Below, one piece after another: positions 31,358 through 39,920 of a DNA stretch of 64,000 bases. The stretch spans positions 1 through 64,000 of the IMG/VR virus record IMGVR_UViG_3300021255_000040. One strand, given 5' to 3'. Made by a program: the position numbers and the translations under genes. The notes beneath the pieces are model-generated. The model saw only the letters and a list, made by a program, of their open reading frames with translations, had not been told where the DNA came from and did no database searches. Positions within the stretch are counted from its first letter, which is position 1; each line of letters opens with the position of its first letter. Source of the stretch: a virus (Duplodnaviria > Caudoviricetes).

Positions 31358-31960
31358 CTACTTGATTATCTCGATATACTCAGAACTCTCATCTTCAACA
31401 TAAGGATTCTTCTCTTTAACATTAACTTTCACTACATAATGCTTTCGCTGAAACCATCTGAAAAGAAAGAACTTCTTAGGGGGATTAACAGTCTCCTTCT
31501 TACTGGAGACTACAATATGTTTCTCACTCTTAAAGTATGGTTGTATTGCAATCATAGAAGGATACTTAAGTCCTAGCCTGACATTGTACCACTTGTCTCC
31601 TATCAGAGTATCTATAGCCAGCGTAGGTTCCTTAAACAAGGTATCTCTCATGGTTATAGTATCTCTCTTGGTGAATCCTGATTTCACTGCCTGAAGAGCC
31701 TTCAGGTTCTTGTCTTTAATCTTCAGTTCCTTCCTTGTATTGTCAAGCTCCTGAAGGACAGAATCCTTGAAGTAGCCCAACTGGTCAACAGTTAGTTGCA
31801 AAGCTATGTTCTTCTCACCTTCTGCTGCTAATTGAGCATCATAGGCTTTCATATTAGCAGTAGCTACTTCCCACTTATCATTAGCATACTTCACCTGTTG
31901 CCACGTAGCACCTATGATAACTACCAAAACTACAATCGCTAAAATCAGATATTTTTTCAT
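31358..31960 (-). CDS. Membrane-anchored coiled-coil protein (spanin-like)
   Basis: Likely start 31960 (MKKYLILAIVVLVVIIG), N-terminal TM then coiled coil; own TAnnTTTG at 31980-31987. Confidence 0.55.
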   Translation of the reverse strand: MKKYLILAIVVLVVIIGATWQQVKYANDKWEVATANMKAYDAQLAAEGEKNIALQLTVDQLGYFKDSVLQELDNTRKELKIKDKNLKALQAVKSGFTKRDTITMRDTLFKEPTLAIDTLIGDKWYNVRLGLKYPSMIAIQPYFKSEKHIVVSSKKETVNPPKKFFLFRWFQRKHYVVKVNVKEKNPYVEDESSEYIEIIK

Positions 31961-32070
31961 ACTCTTCTTATTTTGGTTGCAAAGATAAGGAAGAATATTC
32001 TTGGAGCAAAGCATCTAAGGATTCTACTAAGACAAAAAGAAAGAGAGGACTGTAGAATCCTCTCTATCTA

Positions 32071-32142
32071 GTTGCGGATGTAGGATTTGAACCTCACCTC
32101 TTGGTTATGAGCCAAACATGCGACCATCACACTGCATCCACG
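32071..32142 (-). tRNA. tRNA-Met(CAT), initiator-like
   Basis: Minus strand CGTGGATG..TTTGG-CT-CAT-AA-CCAAG..GGTTCAAATCC..CATCCGCAA; C1:A72 mismatch; terminator hairpin follows. Confidence 0.8.
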
Positions 32143-32159
32143 ATGTAATTTCAGGTGTT

Positions 32160-32526
32160 TCACAACAGCTTACTCTTTATATTGTTCTTGCTATAAAATT
32201 GTCTTATCTAAAAAGAAGAAAAGCCATAATAATTCCCTAACGGACTTTTCTAGACTCATCATTCTTGCATTTCCACTGGGCGGTCAGTATTCACTTAACT
32301 CGTAAGCTTTTTAACTCCCAAAAGTCCTTTTACCCTCAGCCTTTTTTCCATTGTAGTTTGGCAGGACACCAATATTATAACAAGAACTTTTTTGACCTAT
32401 CGGGGTTTGAGTAATCCTTTATCTCAGAGCTATGTGATATTTCTATCTGCTCTTACAACCCGACTTCTAATCCATATATACCTTCTGGCCTTTTGGATGA
32501 GCATGAGACTACAACTCTCAAGGGTC
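32160..32526 (-). ncRNA. Candidate large structured non-coding RNA
   Basis: No credible ORF; TAnnTTTG at 32531-32538; nested complementary segments (TTGTAGT/ACTACAA, GGACTTTT/AAAAGTCC, TCGGGTT/AACCCCGA, GATA-GAAA-TATC). Confidence 0.5.
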
Positions 32527-32651
32527 GGTGCAAAGGTAAGTATTAATCCTGAAATAACCAAATTTTACTTGAACAATTTTCTATATTTAATTAAAAAACA
32601 GCTTATTATTGCTCAAGTTAACTTAAACATTCATTCAAGTTTCCCCTATTA

Positions 32652-32981
32652 TTATATATAAGGTGTAAAGTCAAAGTCTTCTGTAATCTCTAACCAGTCC
32701 TCAAAGGTAACTCCTCCATATAGCTCAAAGTTAGCTACACACATCAACATGTAGTCTATACATTTATTGAAATTATCAAGGGGCTTGACATTCTTGAAGT
32801 ATACCATATTAGTCAAGAAGACCATATCTCCCAGAGTGGAACCAGTAACATTATAGTACACTTTCCTCTGGGCAGCTTTCTTGACCTTGTTGCCATTCCA
32901 TCTGCCTTCAGTAATACTCATAGCCAACTTCTCAGTGAAGTGTTTGCCATGTTTCTCCAAGTATGCTTCTAGTCCTTTCAT
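32652..32981 (-). CDS. Hypothetical protein, distant paralog of 34324..34740
   Basis: 'Y....G.HF..KL' and 'D....NM' shared. Confidence 0.6.
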   Translation of the reverse strand: MKGLEAYLEKHGKHFTEKLAMSITEGRWNGNKVKKAAQRKVYYNVTGSTLGDMVFLTNMVYFKNVKPLDNFNKCIDYMLMCVANFELYGGVTFEDWLEITEDFDFTPYI

Positions 32982-33058
32982 TACTTATGACTACTAGTTA
33001 TACATAACTTTGACGCTGCAAAGGTACGAAGATTTAATCAAATTACAAAGAAAGATGC

Positions 33059-33196
33059 CTAGTTCTTGCTAGACATCCTCCTTATTTCCTTTTGAACATC
33101 AGGCATTTGACTCATTTTCTTAAGAGTCTCTATCACCTGTTTTCTGCTTCCACCGGAAATCTTGGCTAACTGGTTAATTAATTTGTCCTGATTCAT
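33059..33196 (-). CDS. Small hypothetical protein (45 aa)
   Basis: MNQDKLINQLAKISGGSRKQVIETLKKMSQMPDVQKEIRRMSSKN; overlaps the end of the upstream gene. Confidence 0.4.
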   Translation of the reverse strand: MNQDKLINQLAKISGGSRKQVIETLKKMSQMPDVQKEIRRMSSKN

Positions 33197-33605
33197 GATC
33201 CTCATAAATATCATTAACAGCTTCCACTATCTCTTTGGCTTTAGCTACAGCTTTTTCTACAGAAAACTTCCTTTCAACAACAAGCTGTTTAACAGTGTCA
33301 AATAACCTTGTGTTCTTGGTTGATGGAAACTTGGGAAACTCAGTCTTGACAGGTTCAAATATCTTCTTGAACACATCAGGCAACTCAGGACTAACCTTAA
33401 AGTCAAGTTGAATGCTCAAATGTTCCTTAATGTGTTCTTTACCTGTTGAGTCAATGTAAGTAACCCAGTCATCATCACTTCTAGCACCATTCTCTACTAA
33501 GTTAGATGCAATAACCTCAACCTCTTCACCAGTACTGCGAAGTGTGTACTTACCAACTAATCCTAATGGATTCTGAATATTGGTTTCTTCTTTCTTTTTA
33601 GCCAT
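33174..33605 (-). CDS. Hypothetical protein
   Basis: 143 aa; own TAnnTTTG at 33632-33639. Confidence 0.55.
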   Translation of the reverse strand: MAKKKEETNIQNPLGLVGKYTLRSTGEEVEVIASNLVENGARSDDDWVTYIDSTGKEHIKEHLSIQLDFKVSPELPDVFKKIFEPVKTEFPKFPSTKNTRLFDTVKQLVVERKFSVEKAVAKAKEIVEAVNDIYEDHESGQIN

Positions 33606-33720
33606 AATCTTGTTATTTAATTAATACACTGCAAAGGTACAGCAAAATCAGGATGAAACAAAACAATGCCTATCTAGAACAGAAAGGCACTGAAAATGAA
33701 GAAGTTATAGTGTGAAAATA

Positions 33721-33930
33721 TTACTTATTAAGTGTTCTAAGCTCCACCATATTACTCAAGAGATTAGCTAGAACATTCCTGCCAAAGTCATTTTCATTCT
33801 CCTGATGGTGGTTAGCCAAGTACCTGTTGATAACATTGCATATCTGATGGAGCATGATGTTATTCTCATGTACCTCCTCTTGGATAGAGTCTAGAGTATC
33901 AAACAGGTAATCTTCGTCTTTTCTAGTCAT
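33721..33930 (-). CDS. Small helical protein (module gene 7)
   Basis: Likely start MTRKDED at 33930; 'ENN.ML..I', 'DFG.NVLAN'. Confidence 0.55.
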   Translation of the reverse strand: MTRKDEDYLFDTLDSIQEEVHENNIMLHQICNVINRYLANHHQENENDFGRNVLANLLSNMVELRTLNK

Positions 33931-34327
33931 AGGCTTTACAATTACAAACCATTTCACCAAATACATGGTACATCCTCTCTACCAGATGACCTATGGTGTA
34001 TGCAGGTGGTTCTCCTTCATCTTCTACATCATAAGCTGCTAGCATAGCTTGCTTAACATGCTCTGCCTCATGGACTATAGAGTTGATGTAATCTCTCTTT
34101 GACTCATGGGGATTAAACATTACTACACTGATATGCCAGTCTATATTATTATAGGTAGCAGCTTTTGCCTGACCTGATTTCAACATATCATAGGCTTCCT
34201 TGATAATTTCAGTAGAGGCTCCTGCATATATCAGCTCCTTGACTATACGGGCAAAAAGGTTAAAGTCCACATCATAGTAGACAATAACCTTCCAGTAACT
34301 TTCTATGTCAAACACCTGCTTAATCAT
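33923..34327 (-). CDS. Putative zincin-like metallopeptidase (module gene 6)
   Basis: 134 aa; 'SIVHEAEHV' HExxH plus downstream 'GEPPAY'. Confidence 0.6.
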   Translation of the reverse strand: MIKQVFDIESYWKVIVYYDVDFNLFARIVKELIYAGASTEIIKEAYDMLKSGQAKAATYNNIDWHISVVMFNPHESKRDYINSIVHEAEHVKQAMLAAYDVEDEGEPPAYTIGHLVERMYHVFGEMVCNCKAYD

Positions 34328-34740
34328 AGCATCTCATCCCAGTCTACAGGATTGTTCATAAACATAGTGTCTGCATAGAATCGGTTAAACACAAAACCTT
34401 CCTCTGCATCAGCATCATCAAGCAAATCCTGAACATACATCACCAGATGCTTCTCATCAGGGACTGACTTACCAAGGAAATCAGCTTGGCACATGTTTGC
34501 CACATAAGTAGCATCATACAGCTTATTTCTCTCAATCTTGATGTTATAGTTGGCAATCATAGCATCTACCTGTTCCTTGGTATAAGGCTTAATGTGCTCC
34601 TTTTTGCCACCATTATCCTTGTACATCTGGCTGACTGCCCAGTCACAAAGCTTCTTGTTGAAATGACAGCCATAGTTATTGATGTACTGCTTCATTCCCT
34701 CAGGTATCTCATCATAACTGCCTGTTCTTCTTTGATACAT
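34324..34740 (-). CDS. Hypothetical helical protein (module gene 5)
   Basis: 138 aa; 'YG.HFNKKLC.WAVS.M', 'YD..YVANM..AD', 'F.RFYAD', 'W.EM'. Confidence 0.7.
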   Translation of the reverse strand: MYQRRTGSYDEIPEGMKQYINNYGCHFNKKLCDWAVSQMYKDNGGKKEHIKPYTKEQVDAMIANYNIKIERNKLYDATYVANMCQADFLGKSVPDEKHLVMYVQDLLDDADAEEGFVFNRFYADTMFMNNPVDWDEML

Positions 34741-34805
34741 AGTCTTATCTCCTATAATTTAAAAGGGAGCATGGAGACTTCTCCACACTCCCTTCTTCTG
34801 ATTAA

Positions 34806-35021
34806 TTACATTCTGCCTCTACGATAGCCATATCTGCCAGGAATCATTTCATCCTCGTGATACTCATGACGATACATTCTACCACCACGATACTCTGCTT
34901 CATCAGCATAGTCACTATCTTCAAGACAATCACGGAACTCCTCAAGGAAGTCAATCATCTTTTCAATCTTGTGTGTAAACTTCTCCTTCTTTTCAGGAGT
35001 CATCTTATACATTATTACCAT
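34806..35021 (-). CDS. Small protein with Arg/Gly/Tyr-rich tail (module gene 4)
   Basis: 71 aa; helix followed by YRGGRMYR..GRYGYRRGRM. Confidence 0.6.
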   Translation of the reverse strand: MVIMYKMTPEKKEKFTHKIEKMIDFLEEFRDCLEDSDYADEAEYRGGRMYRHEYHEDEMIPGRYGYRRGRM

Positions 35022-35024
35022 AAC

Positions 35025-35516
35025 TTAAACTGCATTAGGTGTTTTCTGTTTAAGCAAAGACAGTATCTCTGCCATTTGACTCTGCATACCTTCTACCTGC
35101 CCCCTTAACTCTTTGACAACATTGTCATTGGCTGTGGCAGGATCAAGTTCATTGAGGGCTGCATCATACTGAGGAATCCTCTCTTGATGCATGGGAGCAC
35201 TGTCAATCACATTCTTACTCTCCTGGCGAAGAGACTTAATGTGGTTAGCCAGTGAATCCTTGCTATCAGATATTACCAGTGAGTCTGCTCCAAAGTCTGC
35301 CACAACATTGCTGTTAGGTACTTGCTGGAATTCTCTGCGCTCACCATTAATATTGGCTACTATATCAACAATATACTCAGGAATCTGACCAAAGGTATTC
35401 TGGTTAAACCTAGGTCTTGGCAATGATACACTCTCTACAGTAGCAGTGAAGAGCTTATTACCATTTTTCCTGTCAAGTCCATACAGGACACTGCCTTTAC
35501 TTAAATTTGAAAACAT
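35025..35516 (-). CDS. Hypothetical protein, beta domain + coiled coil (module gene 3)
   Basis: 163 aa; 'MFSNL.KG..LY.L' start. Confidence 0.7.
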   Translation of the reverse strand: MFSNLSKGSVLYGLDRKNGNKLFTATVESVSLPRPRFNQNTFGQIPEYIVDIVANINGERREFQQVPNSNVVADFGADSLVISDSKDSLANHIKSLRQESKNVIDSAPMHQERIPQYDAALNELDPATANDNVVKELRGQVEGMQSQMAEILSLLKQKTPNAV

Positions 35517-35518
35517 AA

Positions 35519-35950
35519 TTAATTACTCTTTTTTACGGTTCTCATTGAATTGTTAGTCTCTTCAGTACTAGAAGTATTCTGAGTTGTAGCAGCAGCTGGA
35601 CCAGTGGTCATCAACTGAAGTAGGTTACAGCTCTTATCATAATAGATAAAGTAGATGCCTGCACCAGTCAGCTGTTCTGCTGTAGCTGCTGTACCTCCAA
35701 CCAAAGTCAGAGGCTGGGTAAACTCATTGGATGCAAATAGAATGGGAAGAGTGCCTGCACTCTCAGGGAGAGCAGTATTAAGTCTGAATAATATAACTCC
35801 ATTATTGTTCAACATCCTGAATGCCCTGCGAGGGATACCAATCACCACATCATTTGTATTGACTGTGACATTGGCACTCTCAATCATAGGAAATCCAAAC
35901 CTGTTGGCAAAGTTGAAGGGATAATTAGTTGTTGCTCCAAACATATTCAT
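35519..35950 (-). CDS. Hypothetical beta-rich protein (module gene 2)
   Basis: 143 aa; 'PF.F.NR.G.P', 'TLPILF', 'GIY..YYD'. Confidence 0.7.
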   Translation of the reverse strand: MNMFGATTNYPFNFANRFGFPMIESANVTVNTNDVVIGIPRRAFRMLNNNGVILFRLNTALPESAGTLPILFASNEFTQPLTLVGGTAATAEQLTGAGIYFIYYDKSCNLLQLMTTGPAAATTQNTSSTEETNNSMRTVKKSN

Positions 35951-35963
35951 ATCCTCCTATATT

Positions 35964-36911
35964 TTAGTTAAAGAAACCTGTCTGCTGACCCATACCATAG
36001 CCATAGTAACCTCCTACATAAGGAGTAGCATTGGCTGCGATTATGTTAGGCCACTGTACTGGAACTGTGTTAGGCTGCTTAGCAGCAATAGCATCAATCT
36101 TGTCATCAAGAGCATGGAAAGCTGCATTGAACTGGAGAGTCTGCTTGTCATTACTAATCTGATTCCTCAACTGAGTGATAATATCACCCTGAGTATCAAT
36201 CTTAGACTGCAACTCACGCTCCTTCAAAGCACAGAACTCTGATACAATCATAGCATTCTGGTCAGCAATAGCCTTTACAATAGTATTGGTATTACCATCA
36301 GCCTGACGTGTCAGAGTATTAGTCTGCTGACATACTAAAAGCTGGTCAGCTGCTTCATTCTGGGCAAGCTGCAACCTTACAGATGCATCATGAGCAGCCA
36401 GTGAAGTCTGAAGAGCATTGGTCTGGTTAGCAATAGCCAGTCTGTTCTCACAGCAGCACTCACAGATTTGTCTGCTCAGATTAGCATTACCCAACTGAAG
36501 AGCATTGATAGTCTCAAGACCACTCATACCTACCTGAGCACCTACATTCTGAATAGCAGATTGGAGAGTGAACAGATTAGTCTTTACAGTCTCAATACTA
36601 GAATGAGTCAGATTAGCAAGCTGTCCCAGTGCATCTGCACGACCATTAATAGCCTGGAGCAGCAAATCCCTACCAGCATCATTGTTCAGCTGATTAGCAA
36701 GGAAGCCTGTGCCATTATTACCACCAAAGCCATTGCCCCAGCCATTACCACCATATCCCCACATCATCCAGAGGAATAAAATCCAAATCCAGTTACCATT
36801 GCCTCCAAAGCCACCATTCTGGTTAAGCAGGGCCAACAGTCCAGGATCAATACCATTTACTGCACTCTTAGTAGCAGCATCTGGAAAAACATAAACACCT
36901 TCTTGTGCCAT
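35964..36911 (-). CDS. Gly-rich hydrophobic-segment + long coiled-coil protein with CECCC motif (module gene 1)
   Basis: 315 aa; GGFGGNGNWIWILFLWMMWGYGGNGWG, heptads, 'ICECCCENR'; TAnnTTTG at 36976-36983. Confidence 0.75.
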   Translation of the reverse strand: MAQEGVYVFPDAATKSAVNGIDPGLLALLNQNGGFGGNGNWIWILFLWMMWGYGGNGWGNGFGGNNGTGFLANQLNNDAGRDLLLQAINGRADALGQLANLTHSSIETVKTNLFTLQSAIQNVGAQVGMSGLETINALQLGNANLSRQICECCCENRLAIANQTNALQTSLAAHDASVRLQLAQNEAADQLLVCQQTNTLTRQADGNTNTIVKAIADQNAMIVSEFCALKERELQSKIDTQGDIITQLRNQISNDKQTLQFNAAFHALDDKIDAIAAKQPNTVPVQWPNIIAANATPYVGGYYGYGMGQQTGFFN

Positions 36912-37076
36912 AGTTTAAAACCTTTCTTTTTTAATTAATTAAACATTAACTTTACTTTTATCACTAGTGATGGTGCAAAGTTACGAGGTATCCTATGACT
37001 TTTCAAACGATGCTTGTAGACAACAAAAAACCACTAACCCTCAATGAGTTAGTGGCTGAAAACATTACCTACTTTG

Positions 37077-37469
37077 TTATTCCTTCAGTCTAATCAACAA
37101 TACTTTCATTATACCCTCATCAGATAAGTCCTTCCAAGTGTACCTTAGAACAGTAACATCAGGGTAATGGTCTTGGATATTCCTAGTTCTCTGCTTATCA
37201 TGTTGACTATGGTGATCATGATACCTCTTACCATCTACCTCTATAATAATTCTCCTGTCTGGAATATAAAAGTCGGCTATATAATACCTTGTTATCCAAC
37301 CATCATCAGCAGTGATGTAAAATATCTTCTGGAACTCATATTGGATATAGTGCCTATCTAGAAAAGCTATCATCCTTTCCTCTAGAGGAGAAGGCCAAGT
37401 TTTCATTTCATTAGCCCTAGATTCAGCCTTGCTTCTTACCTCCTTATTATGTGCCTGTTTGTTACTCAT
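37077..37469 (-). CDS. DUF559/Vsr-like PD-(D/E)XK endonuclease
   Basis: 'YIADFY.P...IIEVDG..H....D..R......VLR'. Confidence 0.8.
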   Translation of the reverse strand: MSNKQAHNKEVRSKAESRANEMKTWPSPLEERMIAFLDRHYIQYEFQKIFYITADDGWITRYYIADFYIPDRRIIIEVDGKRYHDHHSQHDKQRTRNIQDHYPDVTVLRYTWKDLSDEGIMKVLLIRLKE

Positions 37470-37578
37470 CTTATCTTTATTTTTTAGGCAAAGGTAACAA
37501 AGAGTCTCTAAGACATACTACATATAATAAAAGGTATAAGATGGGATTAGGGACAAGTGATATTTTTTAAAATCAATT

Positions 37579-37669
37579 GTATGTGTAAAAGGGAGATATT
37601 ATGGCAAAATGTTGGGTATGTGTCAAAGAGTGATATTTAAAATTGAAAGTATGTGTATAAACGGGATAT
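37579..37669. repeat. Three GTATGTGT-N8-GATAT direct repeats at the strand switch
   Basis: Copies at 37579-37599, 37616-37636, 37649-37669. Confidence 0.75.
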
Positions 37670-37823
37670 AATACCACACACCACCCCCACCTGATTTTGG
37701 ATTGGGGATATACCCCCGCCCTAACTGAGGAGATTCCACCGTCTCCAATGTTAGCAGTATTAACCAGGTGGGAGCTAAGCCTCTGCTCTGATAGGCTCAC
37801 AGTCCTGAGAGGGATTTACCACT

Positions 37824-38141
37824 ATGACACAGAACAACAGTAACAACAACCAGGGAATCATCAACAGCTGGTCACTCATTGCCTTCGCAAGAAGTCATGG
37901 GAAGATGCAAGTCGGTGAGTTTGCAAACAAGGAGACTGGAGAGGTCTTCAAGAGTTGCATCTTCACTGACCCAGCTGGTGACAGATGCTTCGTGGCATTC
38001 AGCTCCAAGATGGGTGAACTGACCCCAAGAGAGATTGCTGCCATGAAGGATGAACTTCAGGTGGTTCAGCTGGAGTCAGGCAACTTCAGCCTGTGCAAGC
38101 AGGGTCAGAATGCCTGGGAGGATGTTGACCTTGGCCTGTAA
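37824..38141 (+). CDS. Early hypothetical protein, copy 1
   Basis: 105 aa; collinear paralog of 39606..39920 (SWSL.AFA.SHGKMQVG.F.NKETGE.FKSCIFT). Confidence 0.8.
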   Translation: MTQNNSNNNQGIINSWSLIAFARSHGKMQVGEFANKETGEVFKSCIFTDPAGDRCFVAFSSKMGELTPREIAAMKDELQVVQLESGNFSLCKQGQNAWEDVDLGL

Positions 38142-38272
38142 GAGGGAGAAATGGGGAGAGTGTGACAGGCTCTCCCCTTCCTTTCTTTTCTTTTCAAGAG
38201 AAACACCGCAGAACCTGCAAGCACAATAAAAAGAAAATTTTATAAGGTCAACATTGGAATTAGCTTTTTCAG

Positions 38273-38301
38273 TATTCAAGGGAGACAGCACCATTCCTAT
38301 A
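38273..38301 (+). promoter_or_regulatory. Conserved 29-bp motif, copy A (candidate phage promoter)
   Basis: TATTCAAGGGAGACAGCACCATTCCTATA; aligns with copies at 39433 and 53910. Confidence 0.6.
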
Positions 38302-38305
38302 TCTT

Positions 38306-38412
38306 GGCAGGAAAGTCCTTGCTGTTGGGAGTCAAACCAGTGACACTAATCCCCCAACATTACTAATCCAATGTCACTGGGGAGCAGATTGGCCATCTGC
38401 TCTACTTTTTTT
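38306..38412 (+). ncRNA. Candidate pseudoknotted small RNA with intrinsic terminator
   Basis: TGTTGGG(38323-29)/CCCAACA(38353-59) interleaved with CCAGTGACA(38337-45)/TGTCACTGG(38372-80); hairpin GAGCAGAT/ATCTGCTC followed by a T-run. Confidence 0.55.
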
Positions 38413-38439
38413 TGAAATATTAACTAAAACCCAGATAAT

Positions 38440-38697
38440 ATGAAGAAGATTTATAAAGGTGAATGGTGCTATAGTTCATCCACACCTAATAGGACTGAGA
38501 GAATCAAGTCTCATAAGGAATTTGAGGCAAGTGACTTAAAGAAGATGCTTGATGAAGGTTGGCAGGTTAAGGTAACTAAACCTAAGAGACCTAGAATCAA
38601 GAGAGAATCTTTTAAGGTTATCATCACTTGTTTTGGGCCTATGAAGATTACTATTGAAGAGTATAATCAGCATTGTAAGGACTTTAAAACTCTATGA
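38440..38697 (+). CDS. Hypothetical early protein
   Basis: 85 aa ORF with A-rich leader. Confidence 0.5.
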   Translation: MKKIYKGEWCYSSSTPNRTERIKSHKEFEASDLKKMLDEGWQVKVTKPKRPRIKRESFKVIITCFGPMKITIEEYNQHCKDFKTL

Positions 38698-38836
38698 TAT
38701 GTATAAGGTATTTGATTCTCTAGGGAAGCTGGTTAGAGCTGGCTTCTCTACTTACCTTGATGCATTTAATTATAAGTGTGCATTTGGTAATTCAGGTTGG
38801 TATATTTCTCATTAAATATAATAAGGTATGGGATAC

Positions 38837-38980
38837 ATGAGTAAAAAAGATATGGTTGCCTTACTTTTACAGGCAAGAAATATTCTCCACAAGCAGGAAA
38901 ATGGCGAAGAGGTTCTCCCTCAAGACATAACTCTGGCACATGACTATGTTGATATGGTCATTGATGATTTGATAAAATAG
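38837..38980 (+). CDS. Small hypothetical protein (47 aa)
   Basis: MSKKDMVALLLQARNILHKQ...; followed by a hairpin. Confidence 0.4.
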   Translation: MSKKDMVALLLQARNILHKQENGEEVLPQDITLAHDYVDMVIDDLIK

Positions 38981-39107
38981 GAGTTGGGCTTCACTTGTAG
39001 AAGCTCTTCTTCTTTATTATATTGCTATTAGGCAGATACTTCTTCTTCTCTTTCTATCTTTTTTTATTATATTTTTATTATCTTTGCAGCATTAAAACAA
39101 TATAACT

Positions 39108-39287
39108 ATGGTAATACTTGGAATTCTCATTGCTTGTTGTGTTTGTTGGGTTACTGTATTTATAGCCCTCAACTTCTATTATGATACTATAAGCAAGAAT
39201 AAACCTAAAAGCATAACCTTGAGGGTAACTCTCATTAGCTTTTTCATCATGATCAGCTTGTTGTCTTTAGGTTATTGCTCTCACTAA
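39108..39287 (+). CDS. Small two-TM membrane protein (59 aa)
   Basis: MVILGILIACCVCWVTVFIAL..TLISFFIMISLLSLGYCSH; TATCTTTG at 39079-39086. Confidence 0.5.
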   Translation: MVILGILIACCVCWVTVFIALNFYYDTISKNKPKSITLRVTLISFFIMISLLSLGYCSH

Positions 39288-39432
39288 TATATAATAGTAC
39301 ACGTACATTATATTATATTAGGTAGGTCAAAGGCCACACACCACATTAGCTTTTGGCTTACCTTTTTCTTTCTTTTATATTTCTTTCTTTTTGTAAGTAA
39401 AGCAAGATGAAGAAGCTTTAGAGCTTTATAAA

Positions 39433-39461
39433 TAGTCAAGCGACACATCACCACTCCTATA
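39433..39461 (+). promoter_or_regulatory. Conserved 29-bp motif, copy B
   Basis: TAGTCAAGCGACACATCACCACTCCTATA, upstream of 39606. Confidence 0.6.
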
Positions 39462-39605
39462 TTTTGGAGAGATAGAGAGAAGTTGGGTAAATCTAGCTAA
39501 TCTTATATTTCTACCAAGTTTTAGGGTCTGAGAGGGTTTGCTGTCCTTGATGATTTATGTTAGTATTGCAGCACATACAGGACAATTAGGGGCCTGAATT
39601 ACACT

Positions 39606-39920
39606 ATGGCTAATACAGCTCAGAACGTAGGTATTAAGAACAGTTGGTCACTTCTGGCATTTGCTAAGTCTCATGGCAAGATGCAGGTGGGAGATTTTGT
39701 CAACAAGGAAACTGGTGAGGCTTTTAAGTCTTGTATTTTCACCAATCCTGAGGATAACAGCCGCTGCTTTGTTGCTTTCTCCAGCAAAATGGGAGAACTG
39801 TCTCCCCGTGAGATTATGGAGCAGAAGGATAACCTCCAGGTTGTAGAACTGGAGAGTGGTAACTTCTCACTCTGTAAGCAGGGTGCAAATGCTTGGGAAG
39901 ATGTGGAGTTGGGTCTTTAA
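39606..39920 (+). CDS. Early hypothetical protein, copy 2
   Basis: 104 aa paralog of 37824..38141. Confidence 0.8.
   Translation: MANTAQNVGIKNSWSLLAFAKSHGKMQVGDFVNKETGEAFKSCIFTNPEDNSRCFVAFSSKMGELSPREIMEQKDNLQVVELESGNFSLCKQGANAWEDVELGL

Noticed and set aside
32392-32661. 89-aa plus-strand ORF across the ncRNA candidate
   Set aside because: TTG start, against the local gene orientation, overlaps a minus-strand promoter, and lacks protein-like features.
37824-39920. Diversity-generating retroelement TR/VR pair
   Set aside because: Differences between the duplicated genes are mostly synonymous and not adenine-specific; no reverse transcriptase in the window.
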